Shown here: positions 25,409 to 33,883 of the stretch, piece by piece | How positions within the stretch are numbered: the stretch's first letter is position 1 | Layout: each line of letters opens with the position of its first letter | Virus record (IMG/VR): IMGVR_UViG_3300033067_002335 | Location: 1-36,179 of that record | DNA length: 36,179 bases | Reading direction: 5' to 3' (one strand) | From: a virus | Taxonomy: Duplodnaviria; Caudoviricetes | Program-made: the position numbers and the translations under genes | The notes under the pieces: generated by a model | Told to the model about the DNA's origin: nothing | Seen by the model: the letters and a program-made list of their open reading frames with translations, nothing else | Database searches by the model: none

Positions 25409-27703
25409 ATGAGCGCAACCACCGTCTGCGACAAAAATCTTGCCCGCCTGCTGAAGCTTTCTGAGCTGGGCGGTCAGGGCGGGGACCAGGAATTCGAACG
25501 CTCTTTCTCGTCGCTGGCACACGCCGCGATTCGAGAAAAGGCGCCGCCGCTGATGAACTATGAAATCGGCTTCCAGGTGCTGGACCGGAACGAAGAGAAC
25601 ACGAAAGCTGTTGGTGCGCTCGCGTTCCGTGTCGGTCAGCAAAACCTGCTTGTGCCGATGTTCTTCCTGAAAGGCCAGCGGAAGGGGCACGAACTACTCT
25701 ATCTGCAAGACCAGGATTCGTTCGTTCCGCTGAAAGAAAACTGGATCAATCGCGTTATCAATCGCAAGCAGAACCGGCTCGGTACGGGGGCGCAGTACAA
25801 CGTGCAGCGCCTGGGCGTCCGGCAGCCAGACTTAAACCAGCTGCTGTTCCCGTTCGGCAAAACATCGGCCGCTGTGGGTATGATTTCGCAGGCCTGGCTG
25901 CAGTCTGTGGACGAAGCGGCGGAGCAGCAAATCAAGCTGGCCGCAGAAGTGGCAGAACTGCTGTACTTTCCCACGCTGCTGGGCAAGATGAACAAGCAGG
26001 CGGCCGACGCGTATCGCAAGCTGTGCTGCAAGCACCCGTACCTCTGGAAGCATGCGCTGGATACCTACGGCGCCGACGCCATGGATGCCGCGCTGGCGTC
26101 TGCCAACAGTCGGCTGCCGTGCCACGCGGACCTGTTGGCAGCTGCCGCTGCTGACGGCCCCACGGAAATGTTCGTTACCGCAGAAGCCAAGCCGCAGCTG
26201 GAAATTTACGCCTACATGTCTGAGACAGGTACGTGGCCCAAGGGCCAGGTGCCGAACAACATGCACGACGGCGAACGGATCCAGTATATCCGCGACAAGT
26301 ACCTGATCCGTGATGCCCGGCCTGACGAACAGATTTCGGAGCTGTTTGACGCCGAGGCAGCCAACCAGCTGACCAACCCCACGCAGTCCGGCATTTATCA
26401 GGTGTTGCTGTCAAACGGCGACCTGGTCAAATGCGCGATCATGCTCAGCTGCCAGCAGCCGGCCGGTACGCTGCCCTATGCGGTGGTCGTGCCAACCGAA
26501 GGCGACGACAAGAGCATGACGATGGCACCGGCCAGTCGTGTGTTTGTTGTGCCGAACCCGGACGACCGTAAAGAGTACCTGGAATGGATCCGCGACCTGC
26601 CGGAAATTGGCGATCTGCCTGAAGACAAGGCGGTGTTGCTGTTCACACGGTTTGGTGACGCGGTGGGCCCGTTCGACGTCTACGGCAAGTCGTCTTCCGA
26701 TGACCGCACTCTTTACACCGGGCGCTACATGCAAAGCGCCCAGTATGACTCCGAAGATGGCTGGGCAGAGTCGCGCCGGGTTACCTGGCGGACGCGCGCT
26801 GAAAACGGTGACGAGCAGCTGTATATCGATCCGCGACCCGGTACGGCTATCCGGACTGCTCGCGGGGTGGTGTACGTGCCGCAGAATTCGAAGAAGCTGG
26901 CTGTGAATCGCTACGGCGATGGCCTGCAGCTGGGCCGCTTCGAAGATGCGCGGCGTACGAGCATGGACGAGACGCGCCCGCTGAAGATCGCCAAGGTCAA
27001 CGAAAACGAGGTCATGCTGACCGGGCTCAAGCAGCCGCTGCAGAAGAAAGAAGCACTGTTGCGACTGGTCCGTGATTTCGGACTGCGCGAGAAGACAGCC
27101 CGCGACTTGCTGTTGCGCCTGCCCGCGCAGGGCTGGAATCTGCGCATCAAGCGGGCTGCCGGAGAGTACGACCCGGAACAGCGGCGTGTGCCGGCACCGC
27201 TGCCGAACCACCAGCAGAGCGACGCGGCCGGGAACTACATGGGGTTCAATGGCCCTACGTCGATCAGTGTCGAGAACGAGCAGCCGGTGGCCGGCCTGGG
27301 GATGAACAACGCGTTCCCGGACAGCATGCGCCCGAATGTGCGCGACAACGAAATCCCGTTCAACAACCCCACTAGCGGTGGGCGAGGCGGCGGACAGGCG
27401 CCAACAGAAGGCGTGGACACGGCTGTCCTGATGTCGCTGCTGCGGACAGTTGGCGACGATTCTATCGTGGACGAGCTGCTGCCCGACCTGTTGCTGGCCC
27501 TGGATAAGTTGGGGCGCCTGATTTTCCAGTTCTACGCGCACGGGGACGTGTTTGCTGACCGTTACGGCAAATCGGACATGCCCGAACTGGAAGATTCGCT
27601 GCGCAACACGTTTGAAGACCTGGGCGACTTGACACTGTTCTTGCTGGAACGTTCCGCAGCTCCGTACCCGGAAGAAGGCGGCGAAGCGAATTACGATCTG
27701 TAA
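25409..27703 (+). CDS. Large hypothetical protein, probably virion-associated, with multiple KxA motifs
   Basis: Long ORF (track start 25379; ATG 25409 preferred). KLS, KTSA, KLAA, KQAA, KIA, KTA and KRAA motifs. Confidence 0.8.
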   Translation: MSATTVCDKNLARLLKLSELGGQGGDQEFERSFSSLAHAAIREKAPPLMNYEIGFQVLDRNEENTKAVGALAFRVGQQNLLVPMFFLKGQRKGHELLYLQDQDSFVPLKENWINRVINRKQNRLGTGAQYNVQRLGVRQPDLNQLLFPFGKTSAAVGMISQAWLQSVDEAAEQQIKLAAEVAELLYFPTLLGKMNKQAADAYRKLCCKHPYLWKHALDTYGADAMDAALASANSRLPCHADLLAAAAADGPTEMFVTAEAKPQLEIYAYMSETGTWPKGQVPNNMHDGERIQYIRDKYLIRDARPDEQISELFDAEAANQLTNPTQSGIYQVLLSNGDLVKCAIMLSCQQPAGTLPYAVVVPTEGDDKSMTMAPASRVFVVPNPDDRKEYLEWIRDLPEIGDLPEDKAVLLFTRFGDAVGPFDVYGKSSSDDRTLYTGRYMQSAQYDSEDGWAESRRVTWRTRAENGDEQLYIDPRPGTAIRTARGVVYVPQNSKKLAVNRYGDGLQLGRFEDARRTSMDETRPLKIAKVNENEVMLTGLKQPLQKKEALLRLVRDFGLREKTARDLLLRLPAQGWNLRIKRAAGEYDPEQRRVPAPLPNHQQSDAAGNYMGFNGPTSISVENEQPVAGLGMNNAFPDSMRPNVRDNEIPFNNPTSGGRGGGQAPTEGVDTAVLMSLLRTVGDDSIVDELLPDLLLALDKLGRLIFQFYAHGDVFADRYGKSDMPELEDSLRNTFEDLGDLTLFLLERSAAPYPEEGGEANYDL

Positions 27704-27715
27704 TCGAGGTATCCG

Positions 27716-28048
27716 ATGACCCCTGCTGCCCAGGCCCAGCTGACATTTTGCGGACCGCTTACTGGTACGTCGGCGCACCGGATCTTCCGTGCGCCGCCGG
27801 AGGGTCAGCGGCTGTATATCGACTATTACGCCACGGCTGTGCCGGGCTCTACGCACTCCACGGTGATTTTCCAGGAAGGCAAGGTTGATAACAACCACCC
27901 CGTGCTGGCAGCCGCAGCTCCCGGTTACAGCGGCTCTGCCGGGAATGTGCGCGTCGGGCTGCCGCTGGCCGTGGGGCAAGAGCTTTACGCGCGGTTGCTG
28001 GTGGATACGACCGTGTGGGTTACCGTGATTGCGCACTACGGCCGTTAA
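27716..28048 (+). CDS. Hypothetical beta-rich protein
   Basis: 110 aa; RBS GAGG upstream. Confidence 0.65.
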   Translation: MTPAAQAQLTFCGPLTGTSAHRIFRAPPEGQRLYIDYYATAVPGSTHSTVIFQEGKVDNNHPVLAAAAPGYSGSAGNVRVGLPLAVGQELYARLLVDTTVWVTVIAHYGR

Positions 28049-28064
28049 TACAGGATGCTGCGTT

Positions 28065-28496
28065 ATGTGGAACATGTCTAAAGAGTTTGACGCCCTGTCG
28101 GCGGCAGACACCTGGATTGAGCTGGATGTCCCCAAGCGTGGCACGATCCATTCGATCGTCATCAAGCAGACTGATGGCGGTACGGATGGGTTTACGTTTG
28201 CGCTGTACTCGTCGGCATCTGCCATGAACAACGCTGACGAAAACTCGTCGGCGGCCAGCCAGTCGCCCGAGGCCGCGCCGGCGACATCCCAGGTGATGGA
28301 GCCGCTGAACTGCGCGCCTGGCAGCCCGGGTGTGGAGTGCTTCGGGATCAACCGTCCGTACACGAACACGGATGCTGTGGGCGGTCTGATTGATCGCAAA
28401 CAAAAGCTGTATGCCAAGATCCAGCCCTATGGCGACGCCGGTCAGCTGCGGCCGTTTGCGCTGTCGATTGGCATGACTGTAGGGAAAACCGCCTGA
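28065..28496 (+). CDS. Hypothetical beta-rich protein (possible virion accessory protein)
   Basis: ATG 28065 or 28074 after CAGGA, within track ORF 28029-28496. Confidence 0.6.
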   Translation: MWNMSKEFDALSAADTWIELDVPKRGTIHSIVIKQTDGGTDGFTFALYSSASAMNNADENSSAASQSPEAAPATSQVMEPLNCAPGSPGVECFGINRPYTNTDAVGGLIDRKQKLYAKIQPYGDAGQLRPFALSIGMTVGKTA

Positions 28497-28541
28497 CTTT
28501 CGCCGCTGCCGTCCAGCCGTACTCACTGTTAGGAGTGCGAC

Positions 28542-28862
28542 ATGAAAATCCGGATTCTAGGCAGCATCTGGCACATTAAGCCGGCCGCGCGGCGTACGTT
28601 AGACAAACATTGCCGTGACAACGGGGTCAGCGGCACAGCAGACGGGTTATGCGTGTGGCACGCCCGCCAGCTGCTGTATTACGACAGACTGAAAGGTATC
28701 GACAAACTCGAAACGATCATTCACGAATTCGCGCACGCCGCCCACCCTAACCATACCGAAGAGTGGGTGACCGAATTCGCCCATGATCTGGCCGTGGCTT
28801 TAGACAAGTTGGGCTATGTGCGACAGGAGCTGCCGCCAGATGCCCCCGCAAAAGCCACGTAG
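28542..28862 (+). CDS. Small HExxH zincin-like metallopeptidase
   Basis: RBS AGGAG. GLC...TIIHEFAHAAHP..TEEWV pattern (HExxH plus a downstream Glu). Confidence 0.7.
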   Translation: MKIRILGSIWHIKPAARRTLDKHCRDNGVSGTADGLCVWHARQLLYYDRLKGIDKLETIIHEFAHAAHPNHTEEWVTEFAHDLAVALDKLGYVRQELPPDAPAKAT

Positions 28863-29871
28863 CTACCGCACTAATAAGCATGGCCGCGATGTCATCGCCA
28901 AAATTGACGCTGACTCTCCGCGGCTATCCTCTCAGCAACTTGCCCGCACCGCGTACGCACAGGCACCTGAATGCTTTTCCAGCTTACAGGCCGCCATCAT
29001 GATTGTGCGCCGTATGCGCGGCGCATCGCTGGGCAAAGTCAAAACCAAGAAGCCCGCACCACTGCCGCCCACAGTGTTCAAATCGCACGCCGGTCGGGTG
29101 GATATGCCTACGGCACTGGACACGTTTAAGGACTGGCGCCCGTATATCATTGACGGTCCTGCGAAAATCCTGGTGATGTCTGACATTCACATTCCGTACC
29201 ACGACGAAGCAGCAGTTGCGGCGGCGATCGCGTACGGCAGGAAGAACAAGACGGACACGTTGCTGCTCAACGGCGACATTTGTGACTTCTTCGCCTTGAG
29301 CCGCTGGGAGACTGATCCGCGCGAACGCGATTTCGAAACGGAGCGCGACAAGACCGTCCAGTTTTTCGGGCACATTCGCAGCCTGTTCCCAAAAGCACCG
29401 ATCGTGTGGAAGCTAGGCAACCACGAAGAGCGGTACCAGTCATACATGATGCAGAAGGCGCCAGAAATCTTCGGGCTGCCCGAATTTGACATAGCTGCTA
29501 TCTTCCATACGGAAGAATACGGCATCGAAGTGGTTAAGGAGATGCGGCCGGTACATGCCGGGAAATTGCCGATCGTGCACGGGCACGAATACAAATTTGC
29601 GATCAGTAACCCGGTTAACCCGGCCCGCGGTTTGTTCTTGAAGGCAAAAACGTCGGCACTGTGCGGGCACCATCACCAGCGATCAGAACATTCTGAAAAG
29701 GACTTACACGAGAAACAGCACACGACGTACTCCACGGGTTGTTTATGCAACCTGCGGTACAAGTATGCGCCGATCAACAACCACTCGCACGGCTTTGCTG
29801 TCGTGACTGTTGAAGCGGACGGCGGCTGGCACGTGGACAACCGCAAGATCATTAAGGGCAGGGTCTGGTAA
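28840..29871 (+). CDS. Calcineurin-like metallophosphoesterase
   Basis: Motifs SDIH, NGDICD, GNHE, HGH and GHHH in the canonical order. ATG 28840 follows AGGAG at 28825-28829. Confidence 0.88.
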   Translation: MPPQKPRSYRTNKHGRDVIAKIDADSPRLSSQQLARTAYAQAPECFSSLQAAIMIVRRMRGASLGKVKTKKPAPLPPTVFKSHAGRVDMPTALDTFKDWRPYIIDGPAKILVMSDIHIPYHDEAAVAAAIAYGRKNKTDTLLLNGDICDFFALSRWETDPRERDFETERDKTVQFFGHIRSLFPKAPIVWKLGNHEERYQSYMMQKAPEIFGLPEFDIAAIFHTEEYGIEVVKEMRPVHAGKLPIVHGHEYKFAISNPVNPARGLFLKAKTSALCGHHHQRSEHSEKDLHEKQHTTYSTGCLCNLRYKYAPINNHSHGFAVVTVEADGGWHVDNRKIIKGRVW

Positions 29872-29953
29872 TAGCTGCGCGCCGTCGTTGTAGGGCAGGC
29901 TGCAATGCCGCGGCGTCAGCAGCTTGCGCTACATTTTACGCGGGGCACGCTAA

Positions 29954-31537
29954 ATGTACTTCGGGCTGCGTCAGTGGCAATTTGTAGAACCGTCGCGTTT
30001 AGACATCCCGGGCGCCGGCGCCCGAATCGATCTGTCGCGCGGCGAAGAGTTGTACACCGCCAACGGCTGGGCGTTTGTCCAACAAGATACGCCCATCGGC
30101 TCCGACGGGATATCGTTCGGTTCTGGCGACACGCTGCAAGATGTCCTGCTGACGCAGGCCATGAAGGATGCGTGGACGCAGTACCTGGGCGATGTCGTCG
30201 GGTTTGACGCACCAGCGGACACGCTGGACTGGAAGCTGCTGCTACACCTGCTGTTTGCCGACCCGACCGGCGCGGCCACTGCGCGACCGCTTGAGCTCAG
30301 TGGCGGTCAGATGGAAATCTGGCTCGGCACGCGGCAGCTGCAGATGATTCCGTATGCGCTAGGCACCACGCTGGAGCGCAATGTTTTCGTGCGTACGGTG
30401 CGCCGTGCCCGCGAGCGCTTAAATGACGTACGCGCACGATGCCTGGCCGGTGAGCTGCCAGCAGAAATGCACCGTAAGCTGCTGTCTGTCGAAGCAGCCA
30501 AGCTGAGCGTACGGGCCGAGTCGCTGAAACCAAAAACATGGAGCGCCGACGAAACACCGCTGGTGCCGACGACAACGGCAACTAGCAGTTTTGCGAACTT
30601 GTCCGGGTTTACGCGAACAACAGGCGCAGGAACATGGACTGCCAATAACGGGCTGTATCTGTACCGGGAAAGTTACAACGCAGTCATCGATACGTTGCGG
30701 CTTACCACCGCAATGTCGTCTCACGACAACTGGACGGACCTGGTAATCCCGCTGCCAGTGGGGCAGGCGCTCGGTAATGGCGATAACTTCGGGCCGATCT
30801 GTCGGCAGGGCTCGTCCGGTTCCGCTTGTTACCTGCTCGGCGCCCAGTGGCGCGGCGGCTCCGTAGCAGCCGCGCAAATGGTCCGTATGGGGCCGTCTTC
30901 CAACACGTATTACCACCTGGCCTGGCTGCCCACCTACATGGTGGCGTCTGTTACATACACGCCAACATTCCGCGTAAAAGCTGTTGGCTCCACCATCACG
31001 GGTTCGGTTTCTGGCAACGGCAATACAGTTACCAGCTCGGCGACTGACACAAACATCACTACGGGGTTGTACGGCGGCGCAGGCTGCGCAGATCAGTTTG
31101 GTACCAGCTCTACGACAATCAAAGTTGCCAACTCGATTGTTGTGACAGACGGGCTGGCTGACGCGACCACCACGACTACCAGTACGACAACTACGGCTGC
31201 ACCGACGACAACCACGACCAGCACAACGACGTCGACAACGACGTCGACAACAACGACCACAAGCACAACGACCACAAGCACAACGACCAGCACAACGACG
31301 TCGACGACAACCAGTACGACTACACCTGCACCGACAACAACCACCACGTCGACGACAACCAGCACAACGACCAGCACAACGACGTCGACGACAACCAGCA
31401 CAACGACCAGCACAACGACGTCGACGACCAGCTCAACAACCAGTACAACAACAAGTACGACATCGACGACCACGACACCGGCGCCCGACACCTACCCAGC
31501 AGCCTATCGTGACACCTGCGGGGCCTACGCCACCTGA
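29954..31537 (+). CDS. Putative tail/fibre or virion surface protein with a Thr-rich mucin-like tail
   Basis: 527 aa. Central G/S/T-rich beta-type region (FRVKAVGSTITG; TDTNITTGLYGG), then ~100 aa of T/S repeats. Confidence 0.6.
   Translation: MYFGLRQWQFVEPSRLDIPGAGARIDLSRGEELYTANGWAFVQQDTPIGSDGISFGSGDTLQDVLLTQAMKDAWTQYLGDVVGFDAPADTLDWKLLLHLLFADPTGAATARPLELSGGQMEIWLGTRQLQMIPYALGTTLERNVFVRTVRRARERLNDVRARCLAGELPAEMHRKLLSVEAAKLSVRAESLKPKTWSADETPLVPTTTATSSFANLSGFTRTTGAGTWTANNGLYLYRESYNAVIDTLRLTTAMSSHDNWTDLVIPLPVGQALGNGDNFGPICRQGSSGSACYLLGAQWRGGSVAAAQMVRMGPSSNTYYHLAWLPTYMVASVTYTPTFRVKAVGSTITGSVSGNGNTVTSSATDTNITTGLYGGAGCADQFGTSSTTIKVANSIVVTDGLADATTTTTSTTTTAAPTTTTTSTTTSTTTSTTTTTSTTTTSTTTSTTTSTTTSTTTPAPTTTTTSTTTSTTTSTTTSTTTSTTTSTTTSTTSSTTSTTTSTTSTTTTPAPDTYPAAYRDTCGAYAT
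31165..31480 (+). repeat. Low-complexity (TTTS)n coding repeat
   Basis: Degenerate 12-bp units such as AGCACAACGACC and TCGACGACAACC, encoding STTT. Confidence 0.9.
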
Positions 31538-31560
31538 TGCTGAAAGCGCTGTAACTTGCC

Positions 31561-32523
31561 ATGCTTGACTGTCTCCGCACAAACCCGCTGCGCCGCCCAG
31601 ACTGGAAGTGGCAGCGGGCCATCGGAATCCACCAGGGTACGCACCCGCCAACAACAGCCAAAATCGACGGACCGGCCGGGAGTTTCATGATCCGGCGGGC
31701 TGTGCGCTTTTTGGAAGCGCTGGACCGCGGACGTAACGATTACCAGCACCTGACGCTGTGCGCGGACATGCCAGACTTGTACTGGGCCTATTACGCCTAT
31801 TCAGTACACACAGCCGGGATGCGCAAAACGCTGGAAGCGTACCTGCTGACGGGAGCCACGGACCAGGAACTGGCAGAAACCATCGGGATGACACCGGAAA
31901 CAATCCGGGCGTACGAAGCACTGTTCTTTAACGTGCGGGATAAGTTGCGGTACCGCGAATACATTCTGAACTGCGCGATTGGCACGCAGGCCATCCAGCG
32001 CGGAATCCATGGAAACGAGACGGAACTGCTCTGGAAACTGTACGGCTACTTCTACGGCGTGCACTTTTTACAGGCGCTGACAGGCAACGCAACAGCAGCG
32101 CCGATGCACTGCTCGTCGGCTAGCGACGTTATTGCTGCGGCCCAGGATGATGCCGTCAGTACGCTGAAGCTGCGCGCCGCTGTAGCAGCCAAGACTGTGG
32201 GGGTTAACCCCAGTACCCAGCTGGCACTGCTGGATATCTTCACGAAATTCGTGGAAATCGAGAACGCGTCGGACGGCAGCCGCGGTGGCGGGCAGCAGCA
32301 AATTCTGGTTGCTGTGCAGGCGATGATGCAGAACTTGCCGTTCACTGTAGCGGGCACAGAACCCGATACAGGACAGGACGTAAACCACAATACACCAATT
32401 GAACTTTTCCGATCGACTGCTGCTGAGCTATCTTATGAAGAAGCGATGGCACTGGCAGCCACCGGGAAATTACCTCAGAACAGCGACTTGTCACTGCCAG
32501 ATGCCACTGGGACCAAACAGTAA
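31561..32523 (+). CDS. Hypothetical protein with a helix-turn-helix-like segment
   Basis: 320 aa; LLTGATDQELAETIGMTPETIRAY resembles an HTH. Confidence 0.7.
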   Translation: MLDCLRTNPLRRPDWKWQRAIGIHQGTHPPTTAKIDGPAGSFMIRRAVRFLEALDRGRNDYQHLTLCADMPDLYWAYYAYSVHTAGMRKTLEAYLLTGATDQELAETIGMTPETIRAYEALFFNVRDKLRYREYILNCAIGTQAIQRGIHGNETELLWKLYGYFYGVHFLQALTGNATAAPMHCSSASDVIAAAQDDAVSTLKLRAAVAAKTVGVNPSTQLALLDIFTKFVEIENASDGSRGGGQQQILVAVQAMMQNLPFTVAGTEPDTGQDVNHNTPIELFRSTAAELSYEEAMALAATGKLPQNSDLSLPDATGTKQ

Positions 32524-32543
32524 ATACGGGGGTCGCGCTGATT

Positions 32544-33878
32544 ATGGCAGCGATTAGTCCAGAGACTGAAGAAAAGCTGCTGGCCGCTACGGACTGTGCC
32601 GTGCGGCATCACACCGATGCTGACTGCACCCCCGACGAGGCTATCGCCAAGGCGGCAGCCGAGCACGCCCTGCCGCGCTCGTATATCGAGCCAATTGTCC
32701 ACATGTGGAATGTGGGCGTTATCAACGCGCAACGGGAAGAGGGGGCAACCCTGCTCGACAAGCTGGCGGATGTGCCCACAGCCTCCACCGAGCGTGTACT
32801 GCAGCTGCTGTACCCGGATGCTGATACGTTGCACCAGATTACAGCGGAGCTGCGCATCCCGCCGTCGCGAGACTATCAGCTGTCTGCGCGCGAGATCTTC
32901 TTCGATCGCGATCACGCAGCCAAGCAGGCTGAGCTGGCCATCATGAAGATGCCGCCGCTGGCCGAGGCTCCCAAGCCGAGACCGACTGGCGACGACGCCC
33001 ACTTCTCCCGCGCCAAGGCACGGGCAAACCGCTTAAAGCGGCTGGACGAGATCCAGATCAAGCAAGCCGGCGCCAGTGACGGACTGTGCCGCTGTCTGGC
33101 ACAGCTCTGCCACGCAGTACTCGTCTCGAAAACGGCCAACGACCATCTGCGGTTACAAGCCAGCATGCTGCACGGCGAGTTTGGCGCTACGGTGCTGGAG
33201 CAAGCGCTAGCTGACGTCCCTGCCAAAAAGGTAGCGACCAGCACCGAGATGGACACAGAAGCCATGGCACTGCTGACCGAGTTTATCGACCGGTACGAGC
33301 AGCTGGAAATCCTGACGACGGATTGCATTAAGCAAGCCCTGGAATTAACGCCAGGCTGGGATAAACCCCTGCCGCCCGAACCGGAAGAGCCGGATCTGTT
33401 TGCCGAAAAGACGGCTACGCTGGCCAGTTTTGCTGGCGGCGCTGTGACCGGCGCGCTGAGCGACAACATGATCCCGCACGACGATGTCGACGGGATGGTG
33501 CGAAAGCGGTATGCCGACTTGATGTCGCCCGATCACGAAGCGCGGTTGCGGCAGATCCGCTCACAAGCACACCTGCAAAACCTGGTCGCCAGTAATCCGC
33601 ATTTACGGCGGTACGATTCAGACCAGATTCTGAATGCGTTCAATCAGATTGCGACTACAGCGCCACGGCTGGTTGATCAGCCGGCGCTGCTAGGCCCCGC
33701 TATTCGCAAAGTCCTGGCGCAGAGCGATCTGGACCTGTTCGAAGGCCAGCAGCTGCTGGATCTGGAAGGCAAACTGCAACGGCGCGACCAGGGGATTTAT
33801 GGCGAGCCATCGGACCCCGGCAGTATGTGGTGGAAGCAGCAGACAGCACCAAAACCGGCTAATAAGCCGAAGGGCTAA
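32544..33878 (+). CDS. Helical hypothetical protein with six KxA motifs (putative virion/head protein)
   Basis: 444 aa; KQAE, KQAG, KTAN, KVAT, KQAL and EKTAT, the last followed by FAGGAVTGAL. Confidence 0.78.
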   Translation: MAAISPETEEKLLAATDCAVRHHTDADCTPDEAIAKAAAEHALPRSYIEPIVHMWNVGVINAQREEGATLLDKLADVPTASTERVLQLLYPDADTLHQITAELRIPPSRDYQLSAREIFFDRDHAAKQAELAIMKMPPLAEAPKPRPTGDDAHFSRAKARANRLKRLDEIQIKQAGASDGLCRCLAQLCHAVLVSKTANDHLRLQASMLHGEFGATVLEQALADVPAKKVATSTEMDTEAMALLTEFIDRYEQLEILTTDCIKQALELTPGWDKPLPPEPEEPDLFAEKTATLASFAGGAVTGALSDNMIPHDDVDGMVRKRYADLMSPDHEARLRQIRSQAHLQNLVASNPHLRRYDSDQILNAFNQIATTAPRLVDQPALLGPAIRKVLAQSDLDLFEGQQLLDLEGKLQRRDQGIYGEPSDPGSMWWKQQTAPKPANKPKG

Positions 33879-33883
33879 GCGCA

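Noticed and set aside
26411-28417. 668-aa minus-strand ORF
   Set aside because: Antisense shadow of three well-packed + strand genes in GC-rich DNA; no recognisable motifs.
31093-31491. Val-rich minus-strand membrane-like ORF
   Set aside because: Simply the reverse complement of the Thr-codon tract.
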